Source of the DNA: Spirogloea muscicola
Taxonomy: Eukaryota
NCBI GenBank assembly: GCA_009602725.1
Contig: WELB01000001.1
Location: 873,453 to 937,452 of the forward strand
Direction: 5' to 3'
Length of the DNA stretch: 64,000 nucleotides
The notes beneath the pieces are model-generated. The model searched no databases. It was not told the origin of the DNA and saw only the letters and a list, made by a program, of their open reading frames with translations. Both the position numbers and the translations under genes were made by a program. Of this stretch, positions 24,210-37,410 are shown piece by piece; the stretch's first letter is position 1, and each line of letters starts with the position of its first letter.

Positions 24210-25375
24210 TCAAGCATGCGGCAGCCGCTTGCGTGGCTTGGACTTCTGGACCACACCTTCGCGCTGGCGGTAATTTGCCAGCCAGTTCTCCACCTGGCAT
24301 GGGATGGCACTGGGTTTGACAGCGCTAGCAACAATAGACGAGCCACAACTTACATTTGAGCACAATGTCGGGCAGTGACAGGTCAGTGCATTTGGAGAAG
24401 TCTTCAGCAGCAGTGACATGCACAGTTGCCATGCATGCATCAGCAGCAGCAGGGGTGGTGTAATTTGACATGCCGTTGCTGCTATTGAGCAGAGCCCTGG
24501 GGCACGTGCAGCGACTTGCTAAGGCAAGTGTACACTCGAGGCGTATACCGGACTAGCAATTGACAATTGACAGCACCTCGTAAATTACGCTGGGCTTCTG
24601 TGACGCTGCTTACCTGAATGGGGCGCAGACCGGATTCACGACTGAGTGCCAGTTTTTCCTCACGGCTTGGGTACACGGTCCCGCTTTCTTCCAGCCACTG
24701 GCGCAGTACCTCCACAGCGTCCTGCGGCAGAGCTCGGGCCTTCTTTCGCCTTCTGCGCCAGCCTGCAGCTGGCTTTGCAATGGTGCGCACTAGAGAGGAG
24801 TCTGACAGGCCCGGCCTTCGGCTATAAGGTACCATGCTCTCAGCCACAGGCTCGTCTAGAGCTATCGACATTGTGGCATCCTCAATCTGCTCGATGCTAG
24901 ATCCGTGCCGCTGCTCCTCATCGTCTTTGCATGCTCCGTCGCTTATGGTGATGAAAGATGGCGCGGCGCTAGAGGAGTGCTGGTCGGCCTGCAAGCCGCG
25001 CGCTTGCGCCATGGTGCTGATGAGGTACTTCTCCGGCGGGCTATTGATGAGGCCGTAGTCCGGCTGCAGCAGCGTCTCCCAGCTGCTGTTGTCGCACAGC
25101 TCGTCAGCGGTGATGGTACAGGACATGGAGACGGCGGCTCTGCAGCCACGGGCGGTGGCGCCGCACCCGCAGTCCGAGAGGTCCTCCAGGTCATCGAAGG
25201 TCTGCAGCAGGTAGCTCGGCAGGTCGTCGGAGTTGAAGGGGGGGGCCTGCGCCTCCCAGCCGGCGCGTGCGCGGCCGGGGCTGGCGGCTGCAGCCGACGG
25301 TGCGTGCACGACGACGACGCCGTCGCCGGGCCCGCCCTGCCGGCCGCTGCGGAGCTGCCGCGCGCAGCCGTTCAT
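24210..25375 (-). CDS. Divergent TALE-like homeodomain transcription factor (2 exons)
   Basis: Exon 24614-25375 ends RRRRKKARALPQDAVEVLRQWLEESGTVYPSREEKLALSRESGLRPIQ. A GT-AG intron spans 24294-24613. Exon 24210-24293 reads VENWLANYRQR..PHA*. The start codon is uncertain. Confidence 0.8.
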
Positions 25376-25434
25376 GGCGCGACTGGCGGCGGCCTTGGCA
25401 GCGCGGCGGCGGCGGCGGCGGCGGCGGGTGGCAG

Positions 25435-25842
25435 GGGACGAGCGCGGAGCAGGACACGCGGTTCTCCAACAAGCAGGCCAAGCTGATCCGCACCATGAAG
25501 TTCCCGCCGGAGCTGGAGGAAGTGGTGCGGCGCTCCTTCCCTCTGCCCCTTCTCTTCGCCGCTGCCGCCGTCGTCAGCCGTCGTCGGCGTCCTGGCGGCG
25601 CCGCTGTCGGAGCCTCCTGCTACCGCGCCGGGACGCGGAGCTTGTCTCTGAGGGGCTGAGGGTTTGGCCAATCCGCTTCATAGTGTGCTCGAGCCAATGC
25701 TCACGACGCCGCTGCCGCCCCCACTGTGCCGTGGGTTCCACCGGCAGGTGGACATGAGCAAGGTGAAGATGGAGGTGATGAAGCCGTGGATCAACCGGCG
25801 CGTGACCGAGCTGCTGGGCATCGAGGACGATGTCGTGCTCGG
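25435..25842 (+). CDS. SRRM1: PWI-domain splicing factor (SRRM1/SRm160-like), partial
   Basis: Exon 25435-25524 reads GTSAEQDTRFSNKQAKL..KFPPELE and exon 25748-25842 reads VDMSKVKMEVMKPWINRRVTELLGIEDDV. It runs into an N gap, and the first exon and 3' part are not visible. Confidence 0.85.
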
Positions 25843-26117
25843 NNNNNNNNNNNNNNNNNNNNNNNNNNNNNNNNNNNNNNNNNNNNNNNNNNNNNNNNNN
25901 NNNNNNNNNNNNNNNNNNNNNNNNNNNNNNNNNNNNNNNNNNNNNNNNNNNNNNNNNNNNNNNNNNNNNNNNNNNNNNNNNNNNNNNNNNNNNNNNNNNN
26001 NNNNNNNNNNNNNNNNNNNNNNNNNNNNNNNNNNNNNNNNNNNNNNNNNNNNNNNNNNNNNNNNNNNNNNNNNNNNNNNNNNNNNNNNNNNNNNNNNNNN
26101 NNNNNNNNNNNNNNNNN

Positions 26118-26440
26118 GACCTCTGCAGCGAGACGGCCAAGCGCATGCGATACACTTGCGCCAGCGACCCGGCTGCAGGAAAGTCTACCGGTTCACCATG
26201 GAAGCGACGGGCGATTGCGTGGCGGGCGAGCTGGTTGAGTAGCTCAAGCCACCGAGCGCCCAGTGCCCCATGGATGTCAATTGCCAACGGGAAGAACTCG
26301 TCTTCCGGCGGATGGTCGGCGTACTTGATCTCTTTTGCCCGAGCGGCGCAGGCAAGAGCAGCCGCCATGGCGCGGCCAAGAAGAAGGCTAGCCCATAGAG
26401 AAAGTGGGGCTGGCAAAGCTAGCCCAAAAAGAATGGACAA
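26118..26440 (-). mobile_element. RLE non-LTR retrotransposon fragment, family A
   Basis: Reads AARAKEIKYADHP..FFPLAIDIHGALG..WLELL..VYRMRLAVSLQR. It is homologous to 59930-60122 and 60316-60560. Confidence 0.8.
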
Positions 26441-27687
26441 TGTCCAAAGCCGAAGAATGAGATGCCGAGGAAGGACTCCTCTACTCTACCAATCCAAGAG
26501 CTCCGTGGACGTCGCCCCGCGAGCGCGACAAGCTCGTCGCCAGCGGGGTGGTCTGCGTGCTTCCTCCCCTTGGCGGACGATGGTGATTGGAACACGGTCT
26601 GCCTGAGAACTGCGGACTCAGAGCTGAATAGCGGGCCTTTGTTCCATGAACCTGCATGCTACCGGTTCACAAAAAGTAACTCTCTCCTTGGCCCCTCATT
26701 GGCTACAGCATCCCTCATTGGACTTCAAATATACCTCGGCCGCATTTGCTCTGTACCTGCCTTCATTACTGCCCAAAATGATACAACTCTTGCATGACAA
26801 GTCCATCTTGCCAGGCCCCTTGCTTCTACTTTCTTTGACAAAGGCTACTTCATCATATTTCCGCCTGAGCCTGCTGGCCGTCCTTGCTGACACATCTCAA
26901 CGGACTCGCCTTGTGACTTGCTCCCATGCTTTATACCTACCATCGTTGCTCCTGCCTTTTGCACGAGAGAGCACACCCGTGTGCTTACACATGATCTGAT
27001 TGTTGCTGTATTTGATATGTATTCACTAATTTTGGGGTGGCCTGTTTGGTCAGGCAGCCTCAGGCCGGGTGGTTAAAAATGTGGCCCAGAAAGTCAAGCA
27101 GGCATGCTTCAGCTTGCAGACTTGGAGACAGTGCAAGTTACACTGTTGAAAGTGAAAATGTATGAGGCACTATGTGACGATCTACAGGTCACCACAAGCC
27201 ATGCAGCAAACTTCGTTTTAGACTGTTGACTTGCTTAATTCTCGGTAGGGATCCCCCTTTAGATGTGCTGTACCTTAGCCCCTCTGACCTAGGGCTTCCA
27301 TGTGTGCAGCCCCACTCTTTGCACTACTTTAAGCCTGACCAGTACTTTCAGCCTGCCAGTGTACTGGCGCGGCTTGGGCTCCCTTTCATGTCATGGGCAC
27401 CGGACGCCTTACAGTAGAGGGCGATGGCTGTGATTGGCCAGCCCAGAAAAAGAATGGACAGATTGAAAGTAGAGGAGAACCTCTACTACAATCTTTGATG
27501 GTAAGCATGCATACCGTGATTCGTGAAGCAATTGCCAGAGACTAGGAGACTTGCTCGTAGTCCCTGTAGAGCGTTTCCCAGTCTCGCACAATTCGTGAGT
27601 CAAAAGACTGACAAAACCAGCCACACAGGATGATTGACGGGACCCATTGTCATATCTCACAAACATGTGCTTACAGGTGCACGATGA

Positions 27688-30064
27688 CTAGAAGGCTAGT
27701 AGGTCAGGAGTGTCAGCCTCTATGGCTAGCAAGGTCGTATGCACTTTAGTGAGCCAGAGGTCGAGTCGTTCTTTCAAGGCGGCCACTTGTGGTGTAGCAA
27801 GCACTCGCGGCTGCACCCAGGAAACCTGCACAGTGCCCTCGACTTGGTCTATGACGCCTTCAATGAGATGCACCTGTCATCCAACCTTAACAGCGTCAGC
27901 CCAAGCTCCGCGTAATTTCAACAGCATTCACATCAATAGCACATGAAAGAAGGTCAACTGTGTACATTGCCTTGTGAAAATAGCAGAATTGTGCGTACCG
28001 ATAGGGTCTTCATCAAAAGGACCTCCACACCATCCACATCCAGCTTTGTCCTCTCTGCTATCACACTAAGTGGTATAGTCCGGTCTTCCGATGGTTTACT
28101 GTATGTCAGAGTAGATGGCTTGTTATTATTAAGCATATTCTTACTCAGCTTCCAACTGATTGAGTCAACTAATCATTACGAGCTGTCACTGAATTTAGGT
28201 AAAATATTGCCAATTGAGGAAAGAGCCAGGCTCACCTGAATATGAGTTCCATGAGGCACAAGATCGTGATCTTCTCCCGCAAACGCCGCTCATTTGCGAG
28301 CAGAGCCGGCTGGGCACTTAAGGCAGCCGAGTATGTGTTGCACAAATCATCGTATTGATGGAGGTCGCCTGCATTGAAAGCTTGAAGTACATGATACAAC
28401 CACTCAAAGCTTGAGCCTTCCAAGCTGTGCACCTGTGAGAATAGGACAGAAGTGCAGCGCAGTCATGAATGCTGGCCCTGACCCTCATCCTTGAGAGATC
28501 CCCATCACACTTGAAGCCATCAGCTTTACTGACATAGGGTTAGGCTAGAGCATGCAGAGGGAAGCTTAGCATAGCATGGCAGCAGCCCAGCAATGACATA
28601 CTTACGATGGGATGCGCCAACAACTCGCCAAAATTGTATATGTTCTCTCCTAGCAGCGCTGCCAAGGACAAGTCCACTGCCAAGTCCTGCAGGTCAAGTT
28701 CGGAACATAATCAGAGTGGATAATATTGAAAGCCTGGCAGACAGGCAGAAGTCAAATGTACGTGTGCACACAGCAACCAGAGAGCCAAGTAAAGAAGGGA
28801 TAAGACATTATGCGCGCTGAACCTCGCTAACCTGGATGTCAGATAGTATTATGTACATGTACACACAATGCCTGACTTTAGGACTGCCAGCTTCCGAATG
28901 ATCTGCTTCAGTCGTTTTTACTTGGACCATTGTGATGCCTGATGCAAAGACACAGACCAGGACCCCTTTGAACTTGGTGACCACGCCTGACGCAAAGACC
29001 CCCACGAGATCCCCTCTGAAGTGATGAACGCTCACAAGAGGAACCTCAATAAAGGTGCAGCAGAAACCTCCTGAGCCTTAAGGCACATGGCAAGGTGTCA
29101 TGTATATGACTCACCAATTTGAATGAGTTCAAGAGATCCTCCACGGAGGTGTAGGCAAGATAGAGCAGGCCGCTCTTGTAGAACTCCGCAAAGTCCTGCT
29201 TGGACTTGAAGTACTGCGAGCTCACCCAGTGGACGCTGGCATGCACAGTGGGGTCCACGTCCTGCATGCTCTCGAGCGTGCCTCTGCCCTCCTCCAGCAG
29301 CACCTTGCACTCCTGCTGCCCGCCTTGCTGAAGCTGGAGCGCGGCAATCTGCATCTTGATGTACAGCACCGGCTCCTCCACCCTCCGCTCCTTGGTGTCC
29401 CTGAGCTTCTGGATGACGCCCTCCAGGAACTCGACAGCAGCCTCCCGGGCGTCGTACTGCTTGGAGATGATGACCGCAAAGTGCGCGAGCTTCAGGAGGT
29501 TGATCTTCGTCTCGAACTCGACGATGAAGTTGTGGTAGAGCCGGATGAGAGCGTCGCCAACCTGCAACGACCACGCAGAGCCCAGCAGGTTAAGCAGCTG
29601 CTGAAGGTCACTCTACTTGCACAACAAAAAGCACCAATTTTAGGCCAACCTTTGTAGGCAACAAATCAGCGAGGCTGGACTTGGCAGGCTGACAGCCGGA
29701 TAGAGCACCAGACTGCGGATTCGGGGGTTGAGGGTTCAAACCTTTCCAAGCATGTCGGGCCTATGACTCAGTTGCTTGGACTATACACGCCTGATAAGCG
29801 TAAAATCAGTGGTTCATATCTAACTTTTGCCATGTGCAGCGGTAAGCACAAAGGGATCCAGAGCCTCGTCTGCTGCGAGACCAAGGCGGGTGGCCACGAG
29901 ATGGCGGCCGGGACCTGGAAGGCGGCGAGGGAGACGAACTCCTCGAGCTTGACGGAGAGCTGGTGCCAGAGGCGGCGCTGGTACAGGTCCGCCATGTCGG
30001 CGTACCAGGCGGCGAGGTCGGGATGAGCCGCCCGCTCGCCCTCCAGGAACTCGAGGGCGGCCAT
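27688..30064 (-). CDS. RPN9: 26S proteasome non-ATPase regulatory subunit RPN9 (PSMD13), 6 exons
   Basis: Exons read MAALEFLE..DLYQRRLWHQLS; FETKINLLKLAHFA..FAEFYKSGLLYLAY; SALLGENIYNFGELLAHPI; LREKITILCLMELIF; and HLIEGVIDQVEGTVQVSWVQPRVL. Confidence 0.97.
29697..29754 (+). pseudogene. Degenerate tRNA-Arg-like fragment (organellar type) in RPN9 intron 1
   Basis: Sequence GGATAGAGC-A-CCAGA-CTGCGGA-TTCGG-GGGTT-GAGGG-TTCAAAC-CTTTC-CAAGCATG gives the D-arm 3' half, anticodon arm, T-arm and 3' acceptor strand. The 5' acceptor strand is eroded. Confidence 0.6.
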
Positions 30065-30078
30065 GCCGCCGCCGGCTG

Positions 30079-30089
30079 CCTAAACCCTA
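30079..30089. promoter_or_regulatory. Telo-box (AAACCCTA) just upstream of the RPN9 start, in the RPN9/AP4B divergent region
   Basis: cctaaacccta lies about 15 bp upstream of the RPN9 ATG. Telo-boxes are known plant 5'-proximal elements. Confidence 0.4.
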
Positions 30090-30482
30090 CGCACGTTGCC
30101 CAGCGGTCGGCGCGCCGGCGGCGGCGGCGGAGGCGGCGCCGCGGCAGCGGAGGCCATGGCGCCCCGGGTGGCCTGCCCGGTGGCGCTAGCCAGTTGCTGG
30201 GGAAGAAGTGAGCTCTCTCTTTATCCATCTTTCTTTGTCCATTCCTTTGGGCTGGCCTCTCACAGCCACCAGTCAACTTGGAAGCGCTGTTTTCTTTCTT
30301 CAGAAAGTAATAATNGGCGGCGGCGGCGGCGGCGGCGGCTGCGCGCGATGCGGCGCGCGATGGCGGCGTCGGCGGCGGCGCTGAGAGCGCTCGCCATCTC
30401 TTCCTAGTCTGCCTCGTCGCCGTCTTCGTCTACGCGGCGCGGTAGCGCATCATCGCCCTGGTCGCTAGCTGCGGCAGCGGCG

Positions 30483-33400
30483 ATGGACGCCGACAATCGC
30501 AAGGGCGAGCTCGCGGAGCTCAAAGGCCAGCTCCGCTCGCTAGCCGGCAGCCGGTGAGCGGCGACGGCGTGGAAGCCGCGGTCCCTGCTCGCCATCCTTG
30601 TTGCCCCCGAGCTTTTCGCAGGCGGCACTGAGTGCCTGCCTAGCCTCTCAGCGTCCCTGCAAAGGTCAATACCTAGGTAACAGACATAAATATCAGAAGA
30701 CTTTGCCTGCCGCCGTTGGCATTGGTCTGTAGTGAAGTCCTCCTGTCGCATTCAGGGCCCCCGGCTTGGAGGAGCTCAAGCGCGAGCTGTACAAGCGCGT
30801 CATCTCGTACATGACCATCGGCATCGATGTCTCCAGCCTGTTCAGGTAGGCTGGCACCCGAGGCTCTGAAAACTGAACCGACTAGCTGCCTACAGAGATC
30901 ATGCACGCACGCTTGTATCGTCCGGTGAGAGGATTGCCCAGCTTTATATGTTATACCTTTACAACATAGCTTTAACATCTACTGAGGCTGAAACATCTGG
31001 GCTTGCCAGTGAGATGGTCATGTGCAGCGCCACTTCCGACCTCATTCTGAAGAAGATGTGCTACCTTTATGTTTGCAACTATGCTGTTGTTAATCCCGAG
31101 CTCGCCCTCCTTACGATCAACTTTCTCCAGAAGGACTGCAGCGTGAGCAGCTCACCTGCCGTAGGCTTGTACAGAGCTATTGTGGGTCAACTAGTACTGT
31201 TGCATGTTGCACATGAGCTGTTTTGTAGCAGCCAGGCATAAGAAAGTTTGCCATACTGGACTATAGGGTTCTCACCTTGACATGTCCTGAATGTCAAATT
31301 ATCCTCAATTCAGGATGAGGATCCTATGATAAGGGGCTTGGCACTTCGCAGCCTTTGCTCCTTGCGTGTCAAAGGCCTTGTCGAGTATCTCGTGGGACCC
31401 CTGAAGAAAGGGCTGCAGGTATCAATCTACCCTTTCTAAGAGTTGGTCCTTTACCTTTTATGACGAGTTTTAGTGCCCAACTGCACGCAATACATCAGTA
31501 GAAGGGAATTGACTAATTTTCTTCATGGGCGTATGATCTCATAGTCATATGCCAGGCACTTGGATATTCCAGCTCGTGAGGAATTAATCACTTGGATGCT
31601 CACTTGCAGGACTCGAATCCGTATGTACGCTTCACAGCTGCTATGGGCGTCCTGAAGCTGTACAACTTGTCGCCATCATCAGTCATCGACAACGATTTCA
31701 CTGTGGAACTGAGATCCCTTCTTCTGCATGACCCTGACCCTCAGGTAGCTGCTCATACCTTATCACAACTTGCTGCATAGTTGAGAGGCATTGTCTAGTG
31801 ACTGTTAAGACTAACATTCCTGCCTAAAAAATGAAAATGCTCTCTGCAGTCTCCAGCAAACAGATCCTGCCGTTTTCATGAGGTTTCTCAGGAAGGCTTG
31901 TTTGCAGGTTGTTGTGAACAGTCTTTGCTCTCTGCAAGAGATCTTTCATACTGAAGCTAGCAAGAGCAATGAGGATGCAGCCAGAGAAAGAGACTATCTC
32001 TCCAGCAAAGGGATCGTATATGCCTTACTGAACAGGTAGCCTACAATCCCAGAATGAGCTGATGCTACAGACTTGAGTAGCAAGCAGTACCCACATGATT
32101 GATGGTCTTCTCTGGGCTGGCAGGATCAAGGAGTGCAGTGAATGGGGCCAATGCCTAGTCCTTGAAGTTGTCGCAAAGTACACTCCCGAGGATCCAAGCG
32201 AGACATTTGACATCATGAACGTCCTCGAGGATCGATTGCAGCACGCCAATAGTGCAGTTGTTCTGGCAACTGTCAAAGTATTTCTCCACCTTACCATGTC
32301 CATGGCTGACGTACATCAGCAGGTCAGCAACCCCTTGCCCTCATCTCATCAAGCTCTAACGACGTGGGATCTACTCATAGTGAGCTTAGGGTTCTTTCTG
32401 CGTGTCTCTTTCTGGTGGATCGAGTAGTTGTGCTTCACATACAGAGGAAGCAATAGGAACATTTCGTGAAAATGGAGGGGGTTGACAGTATATACTGTTC
32501 AGTACTTATGCTGATTGCTGCAAACGAAATACTTATGACAGGTATATGAGCGAATCAAGGCACCACTGCTGACATTGATAAGTACAGGATCACCGGAAGT
32601 GTCCTATGCTGTACTCAGCCATCTGAACCTCCTTGTAGGGAGAGCTCCAATACTATTTGCTCCAGATTTTAAACACTTCTACTGCAAGTTCAGCGACCCA
32701 AGCTACGTGAAGAAGCTGAAGATAGAGATGCTAACCGCGGTCGCAAATGAGAACAACACATATGAGATTGGTACTTGAATCTGCTCTTCTTTCTCATCCT
32801 TTCTTTCCATAGCTTAGTCTAGGGGCAAATGAGTGCTCAGTCCACTGCTCAATTTAGAAGGCTGGATACAAGTGCGTTAGCATCAGCATGCCTCTCATAC
32901 TGGACGACAACATATTTCTCACTCTGCATTGTCCGCACATGGTATTGCTGCAGTGTCAGAGCTTTGTGAGTATGCTGCAAATGTGGATGTAGCTATAGCT
33001 CGAATGTCAGTTCGAGCAGTGGGGCAGATTGTGCTTCAGAGCTACGATGTGAACGGGATTGTGGAGAGGCTTCTCCAGTTTTTGGACATGGATACTGACT
33101 ACATTACAGCTGAAACTCTGGTAGGATGTACTTTAGGCCTCAGACTCCCATCATGCTTTTGCAAGCAGCATACAAGTTGCCAGTAATCTAGACCTCAGAA
33201 GAGCTTCCAGAGAATTGTCATCGATAGTTCGTTTCTGAGTGTCCTTGATTAAGTTGCAGTTTGCCTTGTCCTGTTGTTGCTCCACATGCCGCTCTTTGTG
33301 TGCCTAGCCACTGGTACATCTTTTGCCCTGGCACATATCCCTCTACATGTTTTGGACAGGTTCTAGTGAGAGACCTGCTGCGGAAGTACCCACAGTGGAG

Positions 33401-35869
33401 CCAGGACTGCATTGCAGTTGTTGGCGGTGTCAGGAGTTCATCAGTCCAGGAGCCCAAGGCAAAGGCAGCGCTCATCTGGCTGCTGGGGGAGTATGGTCAG
33501 GACATGGCCGATGCTCCCTACATTATCGAGGGATTTGTAGAAAGTTGGGAAGAGGAGGACAGTGCCGAGGTGTGTGTGCATGAGCATGTGGGTCAGCACT
33601 TGATTGTAGTGCTGCGCTTAAAGCAAGGAGCAGCTCTTCCAGTAGTGCCTTCAATGTGCAAGTTTGACCAAAAGTTCCAACAGGTGCATGTGCAGCAGTC
33701 GCTTTCTTCCTGAGCAGAGCCTTGGAGTCTTCGATTTTGCAGGTGCGCTTGGAGCTGCTGACTGCCGTTGCTAAGCTCTTCTTCAAAAGACCACCAGAGT
33801 GTCAAAAGATCTTGGGAGCAGCTGTGGCTGCCGGTCTTAGTGACTCTCAGCAGGTACCGACAGTGTGCTCAGCCTCCAGTTTACAATTATTGGAAGTATG
33901 ACGACCACGATTGAGATTAGGGTGTCCAAAACAGCTTCTTGCATGCTACAGTACAGGTGTAGGGAATCTGCAACTGCTGGAGAAATATTCTGAGCACTAC
34001 TCGACAGCCCTAGCTGTGTGATGTTTTGTCAGTCCGTTGAAGAACCTTTCAATACAAGCTCAGAACTTGTAATCAGATTTTTAGCGACGTGTTCGTCTAC
34101 AATCCAAGTGATTTCCAAGTCATTCTTCATCCAGATTCTATAAACCACTAGTCAGATCCAGGAATGGTTGAGGCTCCATGTGTCACTTGTCAGCATGTTG
34201 CTATGGAGCAAAGCATGTCTGTTGCTGTGCCCAAAGTATGTCTGAGACCCATCCATTCCTGGTTCTATGCAGGATATACACGATCGAGCGCTCCTGTACT
34301 ACAGATTGCTACAGGCTGGCATCGAAGCTGCTGAGAGAGTCATCAACCCACCCAAGCAAGTTGTCTCTGTGTTTGCTGATGCACAGAGCAGTGAGGCAAA
34401 GGACAGGATATTTGATGAATTCAACACCTTGGCAGTGGTTTATGACCAGGTCAGTACCTGGCATTGCGGCTGGTAAAAGGTCATCATATGCATGTGCTTT
34501 TGCCAGATAGGGTTGTTTTCTCACTTCATTAAGCTGAGGAGGAATGTGGCACTCATCATGGCCGTGGTGGTGTGCTTCCTCACTTTATTGCAGCCATCCT
34601 ACATGTTCCTAGACAAAGAGCACAGGGGCCAGGTGGATGTTGCGGAGATTGGAGAGACACAGCCAGATGTCATTCCTTCAACTTCAGCCATTGCGCCAGA
34701 TGCTGCTCAATACAGTGACAATGATACACTGTTGAGCCCAGCTGAGAAAGGTAGGGTTGCAGGAGTGTATGTGCACTGCTTTGCGACTCTTGTCTCCCCA
34801 ATTGTTTTGCTGGTCCCAGTGTGAGGACTCTTGATTCTCAGTGGCGGACCTTGGCCCTATGTCACTAGCATGAGAAAACTTGCACACAATGTAGACCTGT
34901 ACAGTTATCAAGGAGTTGCGGTTGCCAAGGAAGCATCACATGAAGCGCGGGCTGTATAGACAGATGGTGTCCAGGTTGCCGACAATGAAAATGTCATCCA
35001 GTTGTCCTCTCACATACCTGTGTTTATCGCTGACAGAGGAAAGTCAGGGGCTCACCAGCAATGGGCCACGTGCGTTCAATCCGTCAGAGTTGGCACTCCT
35101 TGCATCCTCTCCGCCCCTGCCTGCTGTGGCATCACAACCTCTCCATCCTCTCCCTGTGTCTCAGAAATCATCATCCGACGCAAGCCTTGCTAGCCAAGTG
35201 AGAGTTCCAGCGTCTCCTTTGACTCTAGATGACCTTCTTGGCCTTTCAAGCCCTGCTCCTGCAGCAGCTGCACCCTCAACTCCGCCCCTCCAACTGGTGA
35301 CAAAGCCAAGCCTAGACGCTGGCACATTCCAGCAGAAATGGGGTCAGCTACCTGTCTCTCAATTGCTGGTGAGTTTTAGATTCGTGTCTCCACACTCCCC
35401 CATCAAATGCACAAGCTTTCATGCTTGAGCTCGTCACACGCGGTATTGGTCTGTGTGCTCTCTGCAGATGGAACTATATCAACAAGGTGGGTGCCTTCAT
35501 GAACTGACATTGTCACACTTGTCAAGAACACCTTTATCACCTGGCAGCCAGAGTTGTGGCCATGTGCCACTTGTTTTGCAGGAGGAGAGGTTACAAGGTG
35601 GCGCAGCTACTTTGACGAGTCCTACGCCGCTTCTCAAGCACATGGCTGCCAAGTGCATTCAGTGCATGGCCTCTGGTGGACAGCCACCCAACTTCAAATT
35701 CTTCTTCTATGCGCAAGCAGCTAGCTTGAGTCCTGGGGCCTATTTCCTTGTTGAGCTACAAATAAATACCTCCACAAGGACAGCCACAGTAAAGCTGAAA
35801 GCAGATGACAACTCCCTGGCATCGGCCTTTACAGGTCTTCTGAAGGCTTCGCTTGCTGAGTTTGGCTGA
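30483..35869 (+). CDS. AP4B1: AP-4 complex beta subunit (beta-adaptin-like protein A)
   Basis: Exons read KGELAELKGQLRSLAGSR; VISYMTIGIDVSSLF; EMVMCSATSDLILKKMCYLYV; DEDPMIRGLALRSLCSLRV; DIMNVLEDRLQHANSAVVLAT; and DIHDRALLYYRLL. The C-terminal appendage reads MASGGQPPNFKFFFYAQ. Confidence 0.96.
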
Positions 35870-36329
35870 CTTACTATTGCCAAGCCAGCAACTTTTGAGC
35901 ATTGCTCCTTTACATGTGGGTACTACCCCATCGATGTCTATCTTTGCTACTTGTCTTGTGCAGATTGATGACTAGTATTCACAATCTGAGGTATTTAAGC
36001 ATGCCAAAGTGGGGTTGGGTTGATGATGTTCTTTAGCCTTTGTAATTACAAGTGGCTAAGGTCTGGCACACGCCCAGGATGATGAGCTAAATCGGCTGGT
36101 GCATGGCTCCGCATCTTAGAGCAGTACTGGCGACAATTTGCAGAGGTGTTAAGAGTTCAGCAACTTGGTCAGTCAGGGAAATAAACATGCCAAGAGAAGA
36201 ATGCGGCTGCTCATATAAGAAGATACAGATCGGCTGTAAAGCCAGCCAGGCGCACACACAGCCAAGGTGAAGGCAGGGAGCTCCCACCAGATACTTTGAT
36301 GCACATGGTGAGCCATTCTGAGCAGCAGC

Positions 36330-37410
36330 CCACTCCAAGTGCGAGTTGCGCAGACGGCCGTATAAGCGCTGAACCACACAGCTATGCAAGTATCAGAAAG
36401 GATGGTCGCTTGATAACCTCTGGTTAGCAGCCGCAAGTCACAGAAGGCTAGCCAGAAATGTATGGTTCAAGTCCGAAAGATCGGAAAGCGCTGAAGAAAG
36501 GAAAAAGGCGTCCGGTGCGCATGAAATGAGCGGAAAGGCCCTTTTTAGCCAGTACATTGTTCAGGCAAAAGCTAGAGCAACAGGTGGCTACATAAAACGA
36601 ACGGGAAGCCTGTCACAAAGAAAATCCCTGCCGGTATGTGTTGTATTTTGAGTGGATGGAGAGGGCCTGAGTGGCCAAGTACAAAGGCAAGCACATTCAC
36701 CAATGTGCATCACATGCTGCTGTCACAAAGAGGTGTGTTCGAAGAAAGTAAGCTCATCCAAAGGGGGCGAGGGCCGTGAAAAAGAGCGAGACTCTTGTCC
36801 ATAGAGAAAAGACGCTTCCAGTAGAGGGCGATAGCTGTGATTGGTCAGCCCAGACGAAAAATATGTCCGAAGGAAGCCGGAAAGCGTGTCCAAAGAATAT
36901 TATGTATTTGGAAACAATCGAAGGCCAATATGGCCAAGTACAAAAGGCAAGCACATCTACTGACGTAGCAGCTAGCATCTAGTGTCCAAAGGGGGCGTTT
37001 GAGCTCTCTTTTTCTCTTCTCTGACTCTCTTCTTTAATTGGGGGCTCCGCGGGCTCGTGGGCTCAGGTATAGCGGATGCGCCTCTCTGTATCCCTGCAGC
37101 GGTCCATGGCACACGCTCTGCATCTGCGAGCTGGCCGTGCTCTCGCTGCGGGCTCTGGCTTTCGTCAGGGTGATAGCTTCCCGGCCGCTAGTCTGTCGGA
37201 TCTGAGGCTCCTCACTCGTACTTATTGAGTGATCCATCCTCCCCCTGTTTTACCATTGCATCCTCAGGCCCCTTTGTTCTCAATGGGCGAGCACTTTCTT
37301 CTTTTGTAGCTGCTCACCGCTCTTAGGCCCCTCTGAACCTTTGTGAATTCTTTTTGGGCTGGCTTTTCGCTGCCCTTGCCCCCATTGGGAGTGCCACTTC
37401 TTTCTTCTTT
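36330..37410. mobile_element. Island of degenerate RLE retrotransposon 3' tails
   Basis: Contains ..LRLLTRGY (-, ~36330-36445), GGCCAAGTACAAAGGCAAGCAC tails (36672, 36931), ATGGGCGAGCACTTTCTT (37283) and TTTTGGGCTGGC..CCCATTGGGAGTGCCACTTCTTTC (37352-37404). Confidence 0.65.
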
